Below are positions 23,303 to 36,522 of a DNA stretch of 64,000 bases, one piece after another. The translations under genes and the position numbers were made by a program. Below the pieces are notes generated by a model. The model did no database searches. It was not told the origin of the DNA and saw only the letters and a program-made list of their open reading frames with translations. Within the stretch, counting starts at the first letter, position 1. Each line of letters opens with the position of its first letter. Source of the DNA: Dimorphilus gyrociliatus (taxonomy: Eukaryota; Animalia; Annelida); the NCBI GenBank assembly GCA_904063045.1, contig CAJFCJ010000007.1, positions 2,611,404 to 2,675,403 of the forward strand. The letters run 5' to 3'.

Positions 23303-24902
23303 TATATCTTTACGTTGGCGAGTAGTATGAAACTGTTCTGTGCGCAAGATTTAGGCATTATTAATTGAGTAATCAATTAATTTCCTAGATACTATAACTA
23401 AACAAAGCATTTTTATATGATTAATTAACTTTTACCTTTCAATTTACTGAAGCCTTTACGTAAATTTAGGTTTTTGGCTCTTTTATTTCGTTGGTGAAAC
23501 TCTGAAATGACAGCCTTCTTACTTTTACGAAAATAATTTTTCTGTTGGTATGGTCTGGTTATTGTCGCTTGAACGCTTTAATTGGAACAAATAGGTGAAG
23601 CTGAGTATAATTTCAAAGCTTTTTACATATATTATTTTTATATCAGGCCGACGTTCAGCGATCCAATTGTTTTATTGTAGAATATAAACATAAACTTACA
23701 TTTATGCAAAATATTCCTTAGTTGCTCAGCGTGAGCTTATGTAGATGAAGAGAGAAAATGAAGGTTACAAAATTAATGTGGGATGTGGGGAAGAGTAATT
23801 AGTAGTAATAATAAATCCTCCCTTAGTCACAGCACTTTTTCAATTTGTCTCCTAGTAAAATCTTCTCTTAATTGTTTCTTTCAATTTCTGTCTTATCTGT
23901 ATGAGAGAATAGTGCAATTAAATGTCACATCTAAAATTTATCCTAACCTATATTCAATTGCTCTTAAAATTCTCTAGATACAGTAAAAAGTTAAAGATAA
24001 ATTTTTGTCTCGAACATTCTAGAATGTCCTTGAGATAAAACGGTAAGGTAAAATGTTAGAGAGAAGGCGGAAGAGTAATAAAAAAATTTACTAGATGAAT
24101 AAAATGACTAATTTTTACCTCTTTTCCACTAAGGCTTTCTATTCATTATCTCACGAGCATTACTGCCTCAATCTCTATCGTCAATTTATCTTACTCTATC
24201 GAATGCGAAATCGATTGCTTTTCAACGTTCTCCACAACTACATTAAAATCTCGCTATTACGTTTATGAGTGTAATTTACTATTTCTTCTTTTGCGTATCC
24301 ACCAATAGACATCCAGGTTCTCCTTCTTTAATCTGGGTGTAACTATCAGGTAAATAATCTTCTCCCGCTTGAAGCAAAAGGGTTTGGAATTGTATACCAT
24401 TCTTTTGCTTAATACATTCTATATTGCTTCTATTGCAAAAAAGTCAATATTTCTTTATTTGACAATGATTTACATGAGAATTTGTAAATATTTTATTTAA
24501 TAATAAACCTTTTTAAAGTATAGATATCTATATTTTTTCTCTTTTAAAGTCTTTGGCTTAATTAATATATTGTAAACTGCTATTTTCTTTTTGATACTAT
24601 CATAAATTGATGGAAAAAGAAATAATTTTTTTTTTGGATTATTAAAATCAATATGTTCGATATATCATGAAATATAAGTCATAAAACTTCTGTATTCATT
24701 CATTTGTTCCATAAATCCTCTAGGTATTTTTTGTTGGTTGGACAATAAATTCGTAATGCAAGGGCTTGACGCGCGATCTCGGAACCGGTTTCTTAGAACC
24801 GGTTTTAAAATTTTCCGAAACATTGAACGGTTTAGAATTTCGTAATATTCGGAAACGTCTCTGAGCGATACGGCGAAGTATTGTACTTAAATCGCAGTTA
24901 AG

Positions 24903-27900
24903 ATGTCAGACATTGAAAAATTAGAATATCTCTCCTTGGTATCCAAAGTTTGTACAGAGTTGGATAACCATTTGGGACTCAATGACAAAGATGCCGCAGA
25001 ATACATCATACATCTCGCTGATAAACATCAAACTTACGATTCCTTCAAAAAAGCTATTCAAAAATGCCAACCAGATTTGACAGATTCATTTATAGCCAAC
25101 ATTTTAAGATTAATTCAAAAAATGAGACCTCCAAAAGAGAAGAAAAAGAAAAAGGAAAAGAAAAGTTCAAAGAAAGGCTCCTCCAAAGAAGAAGAAAAAA
25201 AGTCCGATTTAGCAATTAAAGCTCAGCTTTTCCCGGGTCTATGCATGCCAAATGATCCATCTGTTCGAACCATGCTCGATGAGGAAATAAAGAAAAAAGA
25301 AGAAGAAGAAAAGATAAAAAAAGAAGAGGAGAGAAAAAATAAAGAGGACTCAAATATTGCCGATACGATGATGGCTGAACTTGAAGAATTAGTTTCTAAT
25401 AGCAGACGGCACGAACGAAAGAGATCGCGATCTAGAGATCGAGGTTCGAGAAGAAGAAGTAGATCAAGAGATAGGGAAAGGCGTAAACGATCTCGAGCAG
25501 ATCTGCCCGAAAATCCAGAAGTTGGCTTGGTCTATGATGGAAGAGTCACAGGAACGACCAAGTTCGGCTGCTTTGTTCAGCTAGAGGGATTAGCCAGGGG
25601 CAGAAAGTTCGAAGGTCTCGTACATATCTCTCAGCTAAGAGCAGGAGGAAGAGTTAATGATGTAACCGAGGTTGTTCAAAGGGGATCAAGAGTCAAAGTG
25701 AAACTCTTAAACAAAATAGGTACAAAACTCAGTCTTTCGATGAAAGATGTTGATCAAGAAACGGGCGAGGATCTAAATCCCAAAACTGCTGAAGTTAGCC
25801 ATAGGAATCCAGATAGACCAATAACGGCTCCTCTTATTCCTGAAATTAACGACAGTGAACCTGGCGCGGCGCGACGCCGAAGAAACATACCTAGTCCTGA
25901 AATGTGGGAATTGAGACAAATGATGTCAGCAGGTGTTGTTGACAAGTCTGAGCTGCCAGACTTTGATGAAGAGACCGGAATTCTACCCAGAGACGACGAC
26001 AACGACGATCAAGATATCGAGGTAGAACTTGTTCAAGAAGAGAGGGCATTTTTAAGGGGTGTAGGGAGACAGAGTGCTGACTTCAGTCCAGTAAAAATAG
26101 TCAAAAATCCTGATGGATCCCTCTCCCAAGCTGCCATGATGCAGAGTGCTTTGCAAAAAGAAAGACGAGAATTGAAACAACAACAGAGAGAATCCGAATC
26201 AGTATCGCAGGCATCGGGTTTTGACAAGAACTGGGTTGATCCACTTCCGGATTCCAATAATACCAACATGTCATCTACGTCTAAAAGTCAATTGGCAGAC
26301 ATGCCCGAATGGAAAAAACATATTACGGGTGGTACAAAAGCCTCCTATGGTAAGAAAGAAAATAAATCTCTTCTTGAACAGCGACAATCTCTACCAATCT
26401 TCAAATTAAAAGACGAATTGATAAAAGCGGTTAATGATAATCAAATTTTAATTGTTATTGGAGAAACAGGAAGTGGGAAAACAACTCAAATTACTCAATA
26501 TCTTGCAGAAGCTGGATATATAACCACGGGGAAAATTGGGTGTACACAACCTAGGAGAGTAGCTGCGATGTCCGTTGCCAAAAGAGTCTCTGAAGAATAT
26601 GGATGTAGATTAGGTCAAGAAGTTGGCTATACTATCAGATTTGAGGATTGTACCTCTCAGGAAACAGTTATTAAGTACATGACGGATGGTATGCTGTTGC
26701 GTGAATGTTTAATTGACTCAGATCTCCAAAATTATTCTGTTATAATGCTTGATGAAGCTCACGAAAGAACTATACACACTGATGTGTTGTTCGGTTTGCT
26801 GAAAACTGCGGTACAGAAAAGACCCTCTCTTAAATTAATAGTAACATCGGCTACACTTGATGCTGTCAAATTTTCACAATATTTTTTCCAATCACCAATT
26901 TTCACAATTCCTGGAAGGACATTTCCCGTGGACATCTTATATACTCGGGAAGCTGAAACGGATTACCTTGATGCTTCAATGATCACAGTAATGCAAATAC
27001 ATTTGACCGAACCTCCTGGAGATATCCTACTCTTCCTTACTGGTCAAGAAGAAATCGATACTGCTTGCGAAGTTCTTTATGAAAGAATGAAGAGTCTCGG
27101 TCCCGAAGTTCCCGATCTTATTATTTTGCCCGTTTATTCCGCTTTACCTTCAGAAATGCAAACTCGAATTTTTGAACCTGCACCACCTGGATCAAGAAAA
27201 GTTGTTATTGCAACAAATATTGCCGAGACATCTCTGACAATTGATGGTATTTTTTATGTTGTTGATCCAGGATTTGTTAAACAAAAAGTTTATAATTCGA
27301 AAAGTGGAATGGATCAACTTATAGTGACTCCGATATCTCAGGCCCAAGCAAAACAGAGAGCTGGAAGAGCTGGAAGAACTGGTCCTGGCAAAACATACAG
27401 ACTGTACACTGAAAGAGCATACAGAGATGAAATGTTGCCAACACCAGTTCCAGAATTACAAAGAACTAATCTAGCATCAACCGTTTTGTCTTTAAAAGCT
27501 ATGGGCATAAATGATTTATTAAACTTTGATTTCATGGATGCGCCTCCTTTGCAAACCCTAGTCTCTGCTCTGGAACAACTACATGCTCTGTCAGCTTTAG
27601 ATGATGAAGGGCTCCTTACCAGATTAGGAAGAAGAATGGCTGAATTTCCTTTGGAACCTATGCTTGCTAAAGTACTGATTATGTCTGTTCAGCTGCATTG
27701 TTCGGACGAAGTATTAACCGTTGTTTCTATGCTTTCTGTTCAAAACATATTCTACAGACCAAAAGATAAACAGGCAGTTGCTGATCAAAAGAAAGCTAAA
27801 TTTCACCAAGCTGAAGGAGATCATTTGACCTTACTGGCTGTTTACAATGCGTGGAAGAACAACAAATTCTCTGCACCTTGGTGTTATGAAAATTTCGTTC

Positions 27901-28379
27901 AGCAGAGAACATTGAAAAGAGCTCAAGATGTAAGAAAACAAATGTTGGGGATTATGGATAGGCATAAATTAGATGTAGTATCATGTGGAAGAGCAACGGC
28001 TAAAGTACAAAAAGCAATTTTATCTGGATTTTTCCGCAATGCTGCTAAGAAAGATCCGCAAGATGGTTATCGGACGGTTGTCGACCAGCAAATCGTTTAT
28101 GTTCATCCGGCTTCAAGTCTCTTTCACAGGCAGCCCGACTGGGTTCTATATCATGAATTGGTGTTAACTACTAAAGAGTATATGAGAGAAGTTATGGCAA
28201 TAGATCCTAAGTGGCTAGTTGAGTTTGCACCAAATTTCTTTAAATTTGGAGATCCGACCAAGTTATCGAAAACCAAGAAAAATCAGAAGATTGAACCATT
28301 GCATAATAAATATGAAGAACCTAACGCGTGGCGTATTTCAAGAGCGTTTAAGAAAGTTCATTGCAAAGTTACATTCTAA
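24903..28379 (+). CDS. DHX8: DEAH-box pre-mRNA splicing helicase Prp22, intronless
   Basis: Seen: RS segment, S1 domain (FGCFVQLEG...EGLVHISQL), [29 protein letters not shown]2 and OB-fold, C-terminal [10 protein letters not shown]. Confidence 0.98.
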   Translation: MSDIEKLEYLSLVSKVCTELDNHLGLNDKDAAEYIIHLADKHQTYDSFKKAIQKCQPDLTDSFIANILRLIQKMRPPKEKKKKKEKKSSKKGSSKEEEKKSDLAIKAQLFPGLCMPNDPSVRTMLDEEIKKKEEEEKIKKEEERKNKEDSNIADTMMAELEELVSNSRRHERKRSRSRDRGSRRRSRSRDRERRKRSRADLPENPEVGLVYDGRVTGTTKFGCFVQLEGLARGRKFEGLVHISQLRAGGRVNDVTEVVQRGSRVKVKLLNKIGTKLSLSMKDVDQETGEDLNPKTAEVSHRNPDRPITAPLIPEINDSEPGAARRRRNIPSPEMWELRQMMSAGVVDKSELPDFDEETGILPRDDDNDDQDIEVELVQEERAFLRGVGRQSADFSPVKIVKNPDGSLSQAAMMQSALQKERRELKQQQRESESVSQASGFDKNWVDPLPDSNNTNMSSTSKSQLADMPEWKKHITGGTKASYGKKENKSLLEQRQSLPIFKLKDELIKAVNDNQILIVIGETGSGKTTQITQYLAEAGYITTGKIGCTQPRRVAAMSVAKRVSEEYGCRLGQEVGYTIRFEDCTSQETVIKYMTDGMLLRECLIDSDLQNYSVIMLDEAHERTIHTDVLFGLLKTAVQKRPSLKLIVTSATLDAVKFSQYFFQSPIFTIPGRTFPVDILYTREAETDYLDASMITVMQIHLTEPPGDILLFLTGQEEIDTACEVLYERMKSLGPEVPDLIILPVYSALPSEMQTRIFEPAPPGSRKVVIATNIAETSLTIDGIFYVVDPGFVKQKVYNSKSGMDQLIVTPISQAQAKQRAGRAGRTGPGKTYRLYTERAYRDEMLPTPVPELQRTNLASTVLSLKAMGINDLLNFDFMDAPPLQTLVSALEQLHALSALDDEGLLTRLGRRMAEFPLEPMLAKVLIMSVQLHCSDEVLTVVSMLSVQNIFYRPKDKQAVADQKKAKFHQAEGDHLTLLAVYNAWKNNKFSAPWCYENFVQQRTLKRAQDVRKQMLGIMDRHKLDVVSCGRATAKVQKAILSGFFRNAAKKDPQDGYRTVVDQQIVYVHPASSLFHRQPDWVLYHELVLTTKEYMREVMAIDPKWLVEFAPNFFKFGDPTKLSKTKKNQKIEPLHNKYEEPNAWRISRAFKKVHCKVTF

Positions 28380-28568
28380 GAGTTTTTGTGTTTGTTAATG
28401 TAAATTAGTTTTCAAATTTATGTAAATTATCTTTTACCTTGTACATATATAAAAATTTCTAGCTATTCTATTAAATATAATAACATAACGAAGTTATTTA
28501 TTTTTTAAACACTTTTAAAGCTCAGTAATAAAATTGTCAATAATTAGCTTACAATGAAATTCAAACTT

Positions 28569-30088
28569 TTAAGAACTGTAAGCTTTGGCGCTCCTATTAC
28601 TATTGTTATTGAATGAAGGTAGATCGTTGGTATTCTGCAAACAGATTTGACATAATTATAAAGTTAAATTAGATCTATTAAATTTAACAAACCAATTTTG
28701 CAGCCCTCTCACATAGAAGATCATACGCCCAATAATGAATCTAATTTGATAAGATGAAATGAGTTTAATACTACTCTTTTATGCTATTTTTAAACTTACA
28801 GGAAGCTGCTTTGGTATAGCCATTCCTTGAACTCTGTTCAGTTTCCCGTAATCGGAATTAATTTCGTGCACCTGGGTATGAATTTAGGTTCTAGTAAAAA
28901 GTATAGATCCATCTAATTATACTAACGGCTGTTATATTAAATCTAAATATTTGATCTGTTGTGGAGATCAAAGGTCCTCTGCTCATATCTACATGATCTT
29001 TCATTCTATATACTGTAACAGTATTTCCAGAAGTCGATTGAGCTGCTATTTGGTCAACTTGTACTGATTTAAAGCTGAAATTATAGATATAGTATATATT
29101 TTAGCATAATAAACTATTAAAATATACCGATTATCTTCAAACATTCTCGAAGCAATACTTGCATCAACTTCCAATCTTTGGAATTTGATTTTTTCTGAAT
29201 ATAGTTTAGAGACTGCTCTACTTGTGTTTACAAGCTCTACCTGTGTACAATACAAATGATTGATTGAGTGCAAACACTTTAGAAGAACTCACCGAAGATG
29301 GTTTCCATCCATCTATTTTCAAGTCAGCATCATAAACAAAACTACCACTTTGAACTATTTAAGAACATTACACAGTTTTAGCTTTTAGAGAATGTTAATA
29401 TTGTGTACTTACGATTGGGTTTAGGAAAGCTGTGCAACTCAACATAATATTTCTCTTTAAATACAGTCTCCAAAATATGACCTAGAATAAAAGAGCAGGA
29501 TCGCCAAAAAGCCTAAATTCAGCTTTAGATTATAATAGAGAAGATGCTAAATGAAAAGAATACAACCTTATTTACTAATTCTGGCTTTCTATCTTTAAAA
29601 TGCATAAACTTTAATTCACAATCCTCTTCTAGAGGTCTGTGCATATCCCAAGGCCTTCCGTTGACTAAGGCTATGACTGATCTATCGCGAATAAGCTCCG
29701 AAATATCTGTATGACAGCCCTATTTCAAAATGTTATAGATTCTGAATAGATAATCTTACGCATAGCACAATTAAACGGGGTTGATAAATTCTTATTCATC
29801 AACAGAGAAATATTTTCAGATTCTCCTTTATATTCTACATTGATTTTTTGAATTGCCGGGATTACTGACAACTGTCGCTGAAGTTCTTTTTCAAATATGT
29901 CATTGCGCTTCTTCCGAACTTCGGCGTTTGTTAACTGGCTTTGACTATAACCTTGAAAGAAAAAGTTTGTAAACGTCGAATGCTAATAACCAAAAATTAA
30001 CTTGCTAAAATAGCCAATAATTACTTCTCTGAGATATGAAGATTTGTGAAAGTTTCAACGTCCGATAATTAAGAGAAGCTTTTGCCAT
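28569..30088 (-). CDS. MRPL39: Mitochondrial ribosomal protein L39 (mL39), many small exons
   Basis: Seen after manual splicing: MAKASL...RNDIFEKELQRQLS...MNKNLSTPFNCAMHISE...ALVNGRPWDMHRPLEEDCELKFMHFKD...GSFVYD...FQRLEVD...HVDMSRGPLI...RVQGMAIP...IHYWAYDLLCERA. Known: this is the ThrRS-like mL39 signature. Confidence 0.92.
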
Positions 30089-30444
30089 GTTTAGGAGCAC
30101 ATGAAACTGGGCGATAATATAAGACAAATAGGCTTTATAAAACTTGTTCAGAGTTTCTAGTGTGATCCTTGCAGAAGAACACGTGTTCAGTGGTCACATG
30201 AAAAATACAGATGGTGAATTTGAGTGTAAAACAGGACACCCGGTTATATCATTAAACTGGCATCGGTTTCCTACCCGGTTTTACGTTGTTATCTGTAGAA
30301 AGAACTACTTTACAATTCGAACTTCAAAACTTTAGAATTTGTAGTTTTACAATCGAATGTTTCATATTTTGAGTTCGTTTGTAAAAGTAAAAACTAAAGT
30401 AAACTTTCCAAATAATAAGTAGTTTACTATTTAAAACAGTGAAG

Positions 30445-32779
30445 ATGAATTTGAAACCAAGTCTTTTAGTTATATTCATCGTTTTGACTTTTCAAGAGTT
30501 TATATCTGTAATTCGTTAAATTTAAAATATACCTAAATCATAAATATTTCATAGTAATCTAGGGAGAAAATATCTGTGATGAGGCTATAATCATAAATGA
30601 TCCACTAGGTAAACGTTGGACTGAATATTCATTAGATGATTCTGCAACAGCTATTGATGATAGACAATATTCGTTCAAATGGATAAGATTTAATAGTACA
30701 GTTGGTCCATATATTGCTGGTTAGTTTTCAGTACTTCATCGATATGTATCGTAAAAACTAAATAACCGAAATAAATAGGATTCTTTCCTGGGAAAAACAA
30801 ATGTGGAACCATTCGACAAATCTGGATAAAAGATGATCCAGCTGAGCAATTTAGTTCAGAAATACTACAAGCTTGTATATCAAACCATATAAATCCGTGC
30901 GCTACGCTTATAGGCATACAAGTATATAATTGTGAATCATTTGTCATATGGAAATTAATGACAGAAATCCCTATTAAAGCTGGAATATGTTTAGGTTCTG
31001 TTTTTGATATTACAGTTCATTTTTAAGGTTTCCTTTGATAGGTGACAGTGTCAAGTGCAAACCTAATGAATGTCAAACCATATTTAGCAAAGATAGTCCA
31101 TGTAAATGTGAGTACTCCTTTTTTTTAGAGAGAAAAATGTCTTTAAAGGACAATTTTTTGCAGCAATCTATTGTTTTGATCTTCCAGTGCATTTAAGTAT
31201 TAGAGCTAACAGTAGTAAGGATGGTGAATCTCTTTTTGAGTGCTACTTCTTGGAAAAAGTACCCTCTCAATTCCTCAGATTCTACGGGCGAGTAGAATGG
31301 ATTATCGATAACAATAAGTGTGATCAATATAGATTTGTAATATAAAAGTCTAAAAAAAGACGTTACATTGTATAGATTTGCCTCAAAACCTGTTCGAATA
31401 GATGAATTTCCAGTTAAGTTAAATAGGCGTGAATTCAAAGCTAGAATAAGGAAGCTAGGAGGATTTGTATGTTAATTTTGTGAGATTATTACAGAAATTT
31501 AATGCTTAGTTTTAGATATCATGTTCATTGTCGCTTTCACGATATCCTAATTTACCTTTTACGGCAACCCCAAGAAAAGAGAGCATTAATTCAATAAGTA
31601 CTGATTTTATTCTACCATCGACGATAGTCGTCAATGAAGAAGCTGAATTTGATTTAAAAATTCATTCTCACCTTCCAATTTTTTGTAAAGAAAACACCAA
31701 CTTATTTTTTCAACTTAAAGATGATTCTATGGCGTCTCAGTGCATGTTTCAAATTTCTTCTACAAAAACTACTAAATTAAGAGATATCCCTATAAGAATA
31801 GGTGAAAATAAAGGGGAAAATGTCAGGCTAGTAACTTTATCTTTGATTATCTCACCTTATACGTGTGATTCAATCTATGAAAATTATCATCTTGATTCAA
31901 TACAAGTCAGTCCTTTTAAAAATTAATATAGATATAATAATTTGATTTACTCATTTAGCCTCTATATTTATGTAACAGATATTTATCGTAGGGAAAAGAG
32001 TAAGGAAATTAGTTCATATGAATCATTGTCAAACTCTTATTACAAGTTCTATAACGAAATTACAAACGTTCAACGGGTTAGACGATTTTTTTATATCCCG
32101 AAATAAAAGCAGTAATCATTGTATTTTGATAACAAAGAATGAAATATGACTTAAAGATGGAAGGAAAATATTACCTCTACGCTAACCACCTTTTACACAC
32201 TCTGGTAAAATTTTAAAATATCTGTTATCTCTTTAAACTATTAATTTACTTTATAGGTAACTGTAAACTTTGTGAAATGCGGAAAAACTGTTTGTTTAAC
32301 ATCAGCAGAGGTACACTATCGAGACAGTGTCATTGTGCTCAGCGTATCAGGTAGAAGCTTAAAAGTAAACAGATTCAAATATAATTCTAGTGAGATAATC
32401 TTTAAACATTCGGTATCGTATTTTCAAGTATGTAAAATAACCTGAAAGTTTAAAAATATAAGAGTATTAATTGAAGAATATCACTTTAACTAAGGCAAAA
32501 TTTCGCTCTGGTTTACTTGTTTTTGGTAATATATATGGATTAGATAATTCGTCCTATTTTACTGTTGAGATTGTTTCATCCCCTTACGATTACAATCAAT
32601 CAATTGGCCTTTGTAACAATTTCAACTATGAATACTATGTGGTCGAAAGTAAGAAACTAGATAAATCTTCTTTACGTTCTGAAGTAGCATATGGTGAACT
32701 AAGAAAAGATTTCTCTGCAAAATTGAATAGTTCATATTCAAGCTGTAAATGTATAGATAAGACGATATATTGTTCGTAA
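30445..32779 (+). CDS. Secreted VWDE/UMOD-like protein (signal peptide, D8C-like Cys domain, degenerate VWD)
   Basis: Seen: signal peptide, then C...DPLGKR...WIRF...CGTIRQIW...ACIS...C...IQVYNC...C (D8C-like pattern), then KCGKTVCLTSAEVHYRDSVIV and GLCNNF (VWD-like). The exons between about 31930 and 32470 are not fully resolved. Confidence 0.6.
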
Positions 32780-32944
32780 ATAGATCTTGAAGACTCATTA
32801 TCATTATTTTTAACCTATATAATATTTATATTTTAAAATAAGCTACATAAGAAAAAGATGTAACTAATAAATAAAGCTACAATAGCTTCAAATGGCTCTT
32901 GAAGGGTATAACAAAGAGAAAGATTTTATATAGCTTTAAGAGTA

Positions 32945-33680
32945 TTATTCAGCTGGGGTGCTAGACTCGTCTATTATGTTCACATGAAATTCCTCTAATT
33001 TTTCATCATCTGGTAATCTATCATTCAATTCCTTCATCAAATGTACAGTTTTTGTCATGTTCATCCTTATCTTTGTAAGTGTCGACCTTTTGAATTAATG
33101 TAAAATAGAGAATGAGACAAAACAGTTATATGAAGCTTACCGTGTGTCACTTATTCTTTGCAATTGCTCTGCGTATTTAGCATACTTTCTCTGTCTTTCC
33201 GTCATTGACATATAGACATTTTGAGCTAGTGAATCGATATCTCTTATTCGTGTATATAAAACATTTTGGTCGAAAACAATAGCTTCCGAGCAAGTTTTTA
33301 AATGTTCCTCGTATCTTGCGGCCATTTTTAGGAGAGACGATTTATCGATCCTTGGCAAGGATGCTGATTCTATGAGAGGAACAAACACTGGAGTTTGATT
33401 TAACATTTTTAATTCTGCATCAGTTTCTGATCTTCTCAGACCATCAGCTACAACGACTATTGACCCTGAGGGGGCAGGAACACTCTTGCTTCTAGATGAA
33501 AGCTTCGATGGTGGTTTTGTGCTATCTGATGGAGAAATAGTGTTTAGAGCTCTGAACGATTTTTGTAAAATTAGTTAAATCACCTGCTCCAATCGGTCTC
33601 TGAAGTGATAATGATGAATGCTTGTATTCATCATCTCTCTGTGATCTAATATCAGACGAAGCACTGTGTTCATTACCCAT
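32945..33680 (-). CDS. BORCS5: BORC complex subunit 5 (myrlysin/LOH12CR1)
   Basis: Seen: MGNEHS (N-myristoylation Gly2), IVVVA, HLKTCSEAIVFDQN, ERQRKYAKYAEQ, LNDRLPDDEKLEEF. Confidence 0.93.
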
Positions 33681-34209
33681 ATCTCTGAGCGATATTAGAA
33701 TATTTTACTCAATAAACTCCTACTCTCCTTCGAAATAATTGTGTTCCATATGTAAACAGGGGAGAAATTAATTCAAAGTTCTTAAACTGAAATTTAATTA
33801 CTATTTAGCTGTATCCAGTAAATAATTTCATAAGATACCAATGAAATCTTCACTATTGTGTTAGGCTCATCCCGAAGGATCTGAACCAGTGGCAGATGAT
33901 AAAGACTAGCGCATAAAGTCTTAATACAATTAGTACAATGTATGTATTTTTTTTTTAAATATGTTCAAAAAGACAACTTTTAAAAAAAATATTAATATTA
34001 TTTTGAAAAATTATTGAAATTTTAGAAAATGTTCTTTTCTTTTTTTCTATAATAATAACAACATAAAAAACTTCTAACTTATTAAAGAAATTTGATAAAT
34101 TTTAGTGATTCCTATTCTGTAAGATTAATTTAAAGTTACCTTAGTTTTGTTTATTTATTAATTATTTGCAAAAAGGTTAAATACGATGAAACAGAGTAAC
34201 ATTTTTTGG

Positions 34210-34882
34210 TTAGAATAAATATATGTCTTGATAAGCTTTACGACGGTAACTGTTAGCTGACGATGCCATTGGAGATAAAATTTTAGACCCTCGTTCAGAA
34301 GTTTTACTTTTTATATTTCTTTTCCTAAATTGATCCTTTTTTAGTATTTGGCCCGTAATATTAGAGAAAATAGTAGTATCCTCAGGGAGATGTTGAGCAA
34401 TTCTTTTATCAATTTCGTTGGCTATCGCCGTAGAAAATGTTGTCGATGTTTTTTGCTGTTTTTTCTCTTCCCTATCAGAAAGATCTTCGTTACATATTTT
34501 CAACAGAGCTAGTAATCCATGATTCTCAGCAATGAGATTTTCTTTATGTGATAAAATATTTTCTTCCTCAAGCTCAAGAAACTCCATTTCTTGTTTATAC
34601 ATTTTAATTGTTAATTCTGAATTTAAAAATTCAGTTCGGCGCTTAATATTTAAATTTATTTAATTAATTAACATCACCACTTTACTAATCTATTTAAAAC
34701 AAAGATCTTGAAACACCTACTGAATATAATTCTTCTGTTGTAGCCCGATAAATAGATTCCAGGGATAGGAAACGTCCCGTTAAATTCGCTATTTCTTTTC
34801 TAAGTGCCCCTACTTCAGCGGAAATAAAGCCTTTAATAGCAATTTGGTCATTTGTGTTGGAATCAATAATTGATCTTCTCAT
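34210..34882 (-). CDS. Orphan coiled-coil protein, 2 exons
   Basis: Seen: ORFs 34694-34918 and 34210-34602 can be joined in phase 1 across an AT-rich intron. No family recognised. Confidence 0.5.
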
Positions 34883-35117
34883 GTTAATTATTATTTTTTG
34901 TATAGTTTTTTTTATCAATGGAAAAATTTGAAAAGATAAAATTGAATTGAAAAATGAATTAATTTTTTAATTCAAATTTAAATACGAAAAGACTCTTGAT
35001 TGGATAATAACTTTATATTTTAATAGAGCTATAATAATTGTTGAATATATATTCAAATAGAAAATATGTATATTAGAATTATTAATAAAAGAAATAATTA
35101 AGTTGGTGTTTGTTTTT

Positions 35118-36522
35118 TTACAGGTCGGTATTCTCAGTTATTTCTTGAGCTTCATTATAATCAACGTCGTCTGATGACTCGGATAATTTGAAGCTGTAGT
35201 GAATTTTCTTACTATTAAACCAACTATATGAATTATCGAAACGTAGTGAATCTGAAAGAATACGAATATAATAAACTATAAAGCTAGAACTATATGATTT
35301 ATATTTACAATATCCAGCTGCTTTACAGGTATGAATGCCGTCTTCTGGTACCAAATGTGAATTGACTCTCATTAGGGGAATTATCGTTTGTTCTTGACTA
35401 TTTGCCTCTTCTAGAGGTCTAAAGAAGAGTCCGTACTGGATATCTTTGCTCTTCGTTTGAAATGCCCAGCTGATAATTAAATGATGATAAGATTATAAAT
35501 ATTATAATTTGTGAATGTACACTTTCGTTTACCTTAAAATGGAAAAGGGTTTTTCAACCTTGATCGTTTCGTCTACGCTTTTACCAGGCGAAATCTTAGC
35601 TTCAGTGAACTCTGATAGGTCGTAGCCCTGTTGTTTATTAGGAACATTAATAAAATATATTAATAAGAGAGAAAAGACTAAAAACCAGATCATCTGCGAA
35701 GAATTCAGGAGGTACAGTTCCCCCTTGACAAACTTTTAAACTATACTCAGGATCACCATCTGGTCCTGATAGATTTCCGCCATAACTTTCAGGAAGGCAA
35801 TCTGGTCCTAGTTCCGCTACTAGTTCCTCTTTATAATTATTCCCCAATATTTTGACTTTTCCTGATGTTCGTTTAGATAGGAAAGGTTTAACTATTTCGT
35901 AGATTATTGGAAAGATCCTTGGTGCATTTACCACATAACACTTAAACAAAGTTTCAGGATAGTTATCTTCCAACAGTACTAAGACTTTTATTAGAATATC
36001 CATTCCAGGAGTAAACAGCAATTTTAGAGAATAACCAGATAAATCATGTATCATTATAACTTGATCAGGAGAATTTCGACTTCTCATATCTGCCAAAAGT
36101 TCTTCTACTTTATAAATCTGGTACCTTACAAAATCTGATTTTTTAGCGCTCATAGTTAGTCCCTTAATATCGATTTTTCCTGGGATATCAATCCACACTG
36201 GATGACCACTTCTTGCCCTGAAAACAATTTATTACTTAGAAAATTGGCTTTCATTTAGAGAATAATATAATTACCATCCGCTATATCCACCCGGACAAAA
36301 TTTTCTTAAAACTGGTGGTACATCCCATTGAAGAATGTCACGAGTATTCCATGTTTCCTGAAAAGCGAAATAACCCAAAATTTGATCTTTAGCTTTTTCC
36401 AGATCAGAATTTCTCGCTATGATGAATTTCTCTAATTCCCTATCCGTGAATTGTCGGTCATCAACAGCTGATGCTTGCAAAACCTTACGAAATTCCTCAA
36501 TTATTTGGCTTTCAATTTCCAT
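35118..36522 (-). CDS. SEC14-like lipid-transfer protein (CRAL-TRIO + GOLD; SEC14L2/TAP family)
   Basis: Seen: KFIIARNSDLEKA, GHPVWID, IHDLSG, LEDNYPETL, VVNAPRIFP, KPFLS, CLPESYGG, then GOLD (WAFQT..KDIQYG, SHLVPEDG...CKAAG, LRFDNSYSWFNSK). Confidence 0.92.

Noticed and set aside
30325-30350. CTTTAGAATTTGTAG resembling the U7 snRNA Sm site
   Set aside because: It does not match AAUUUGUCUAG exactly and has no 3' hairpin; it lies in the MRPL39/VWDE-like promoter.
33550-33583. Apparent ultra-short 32-34-nt intron with tandem AG in BORCS5
   Set aside because: A better in-phase acceptor (ctatttctccatcag|AT) lies further on, giving a normal 58-nt intron.
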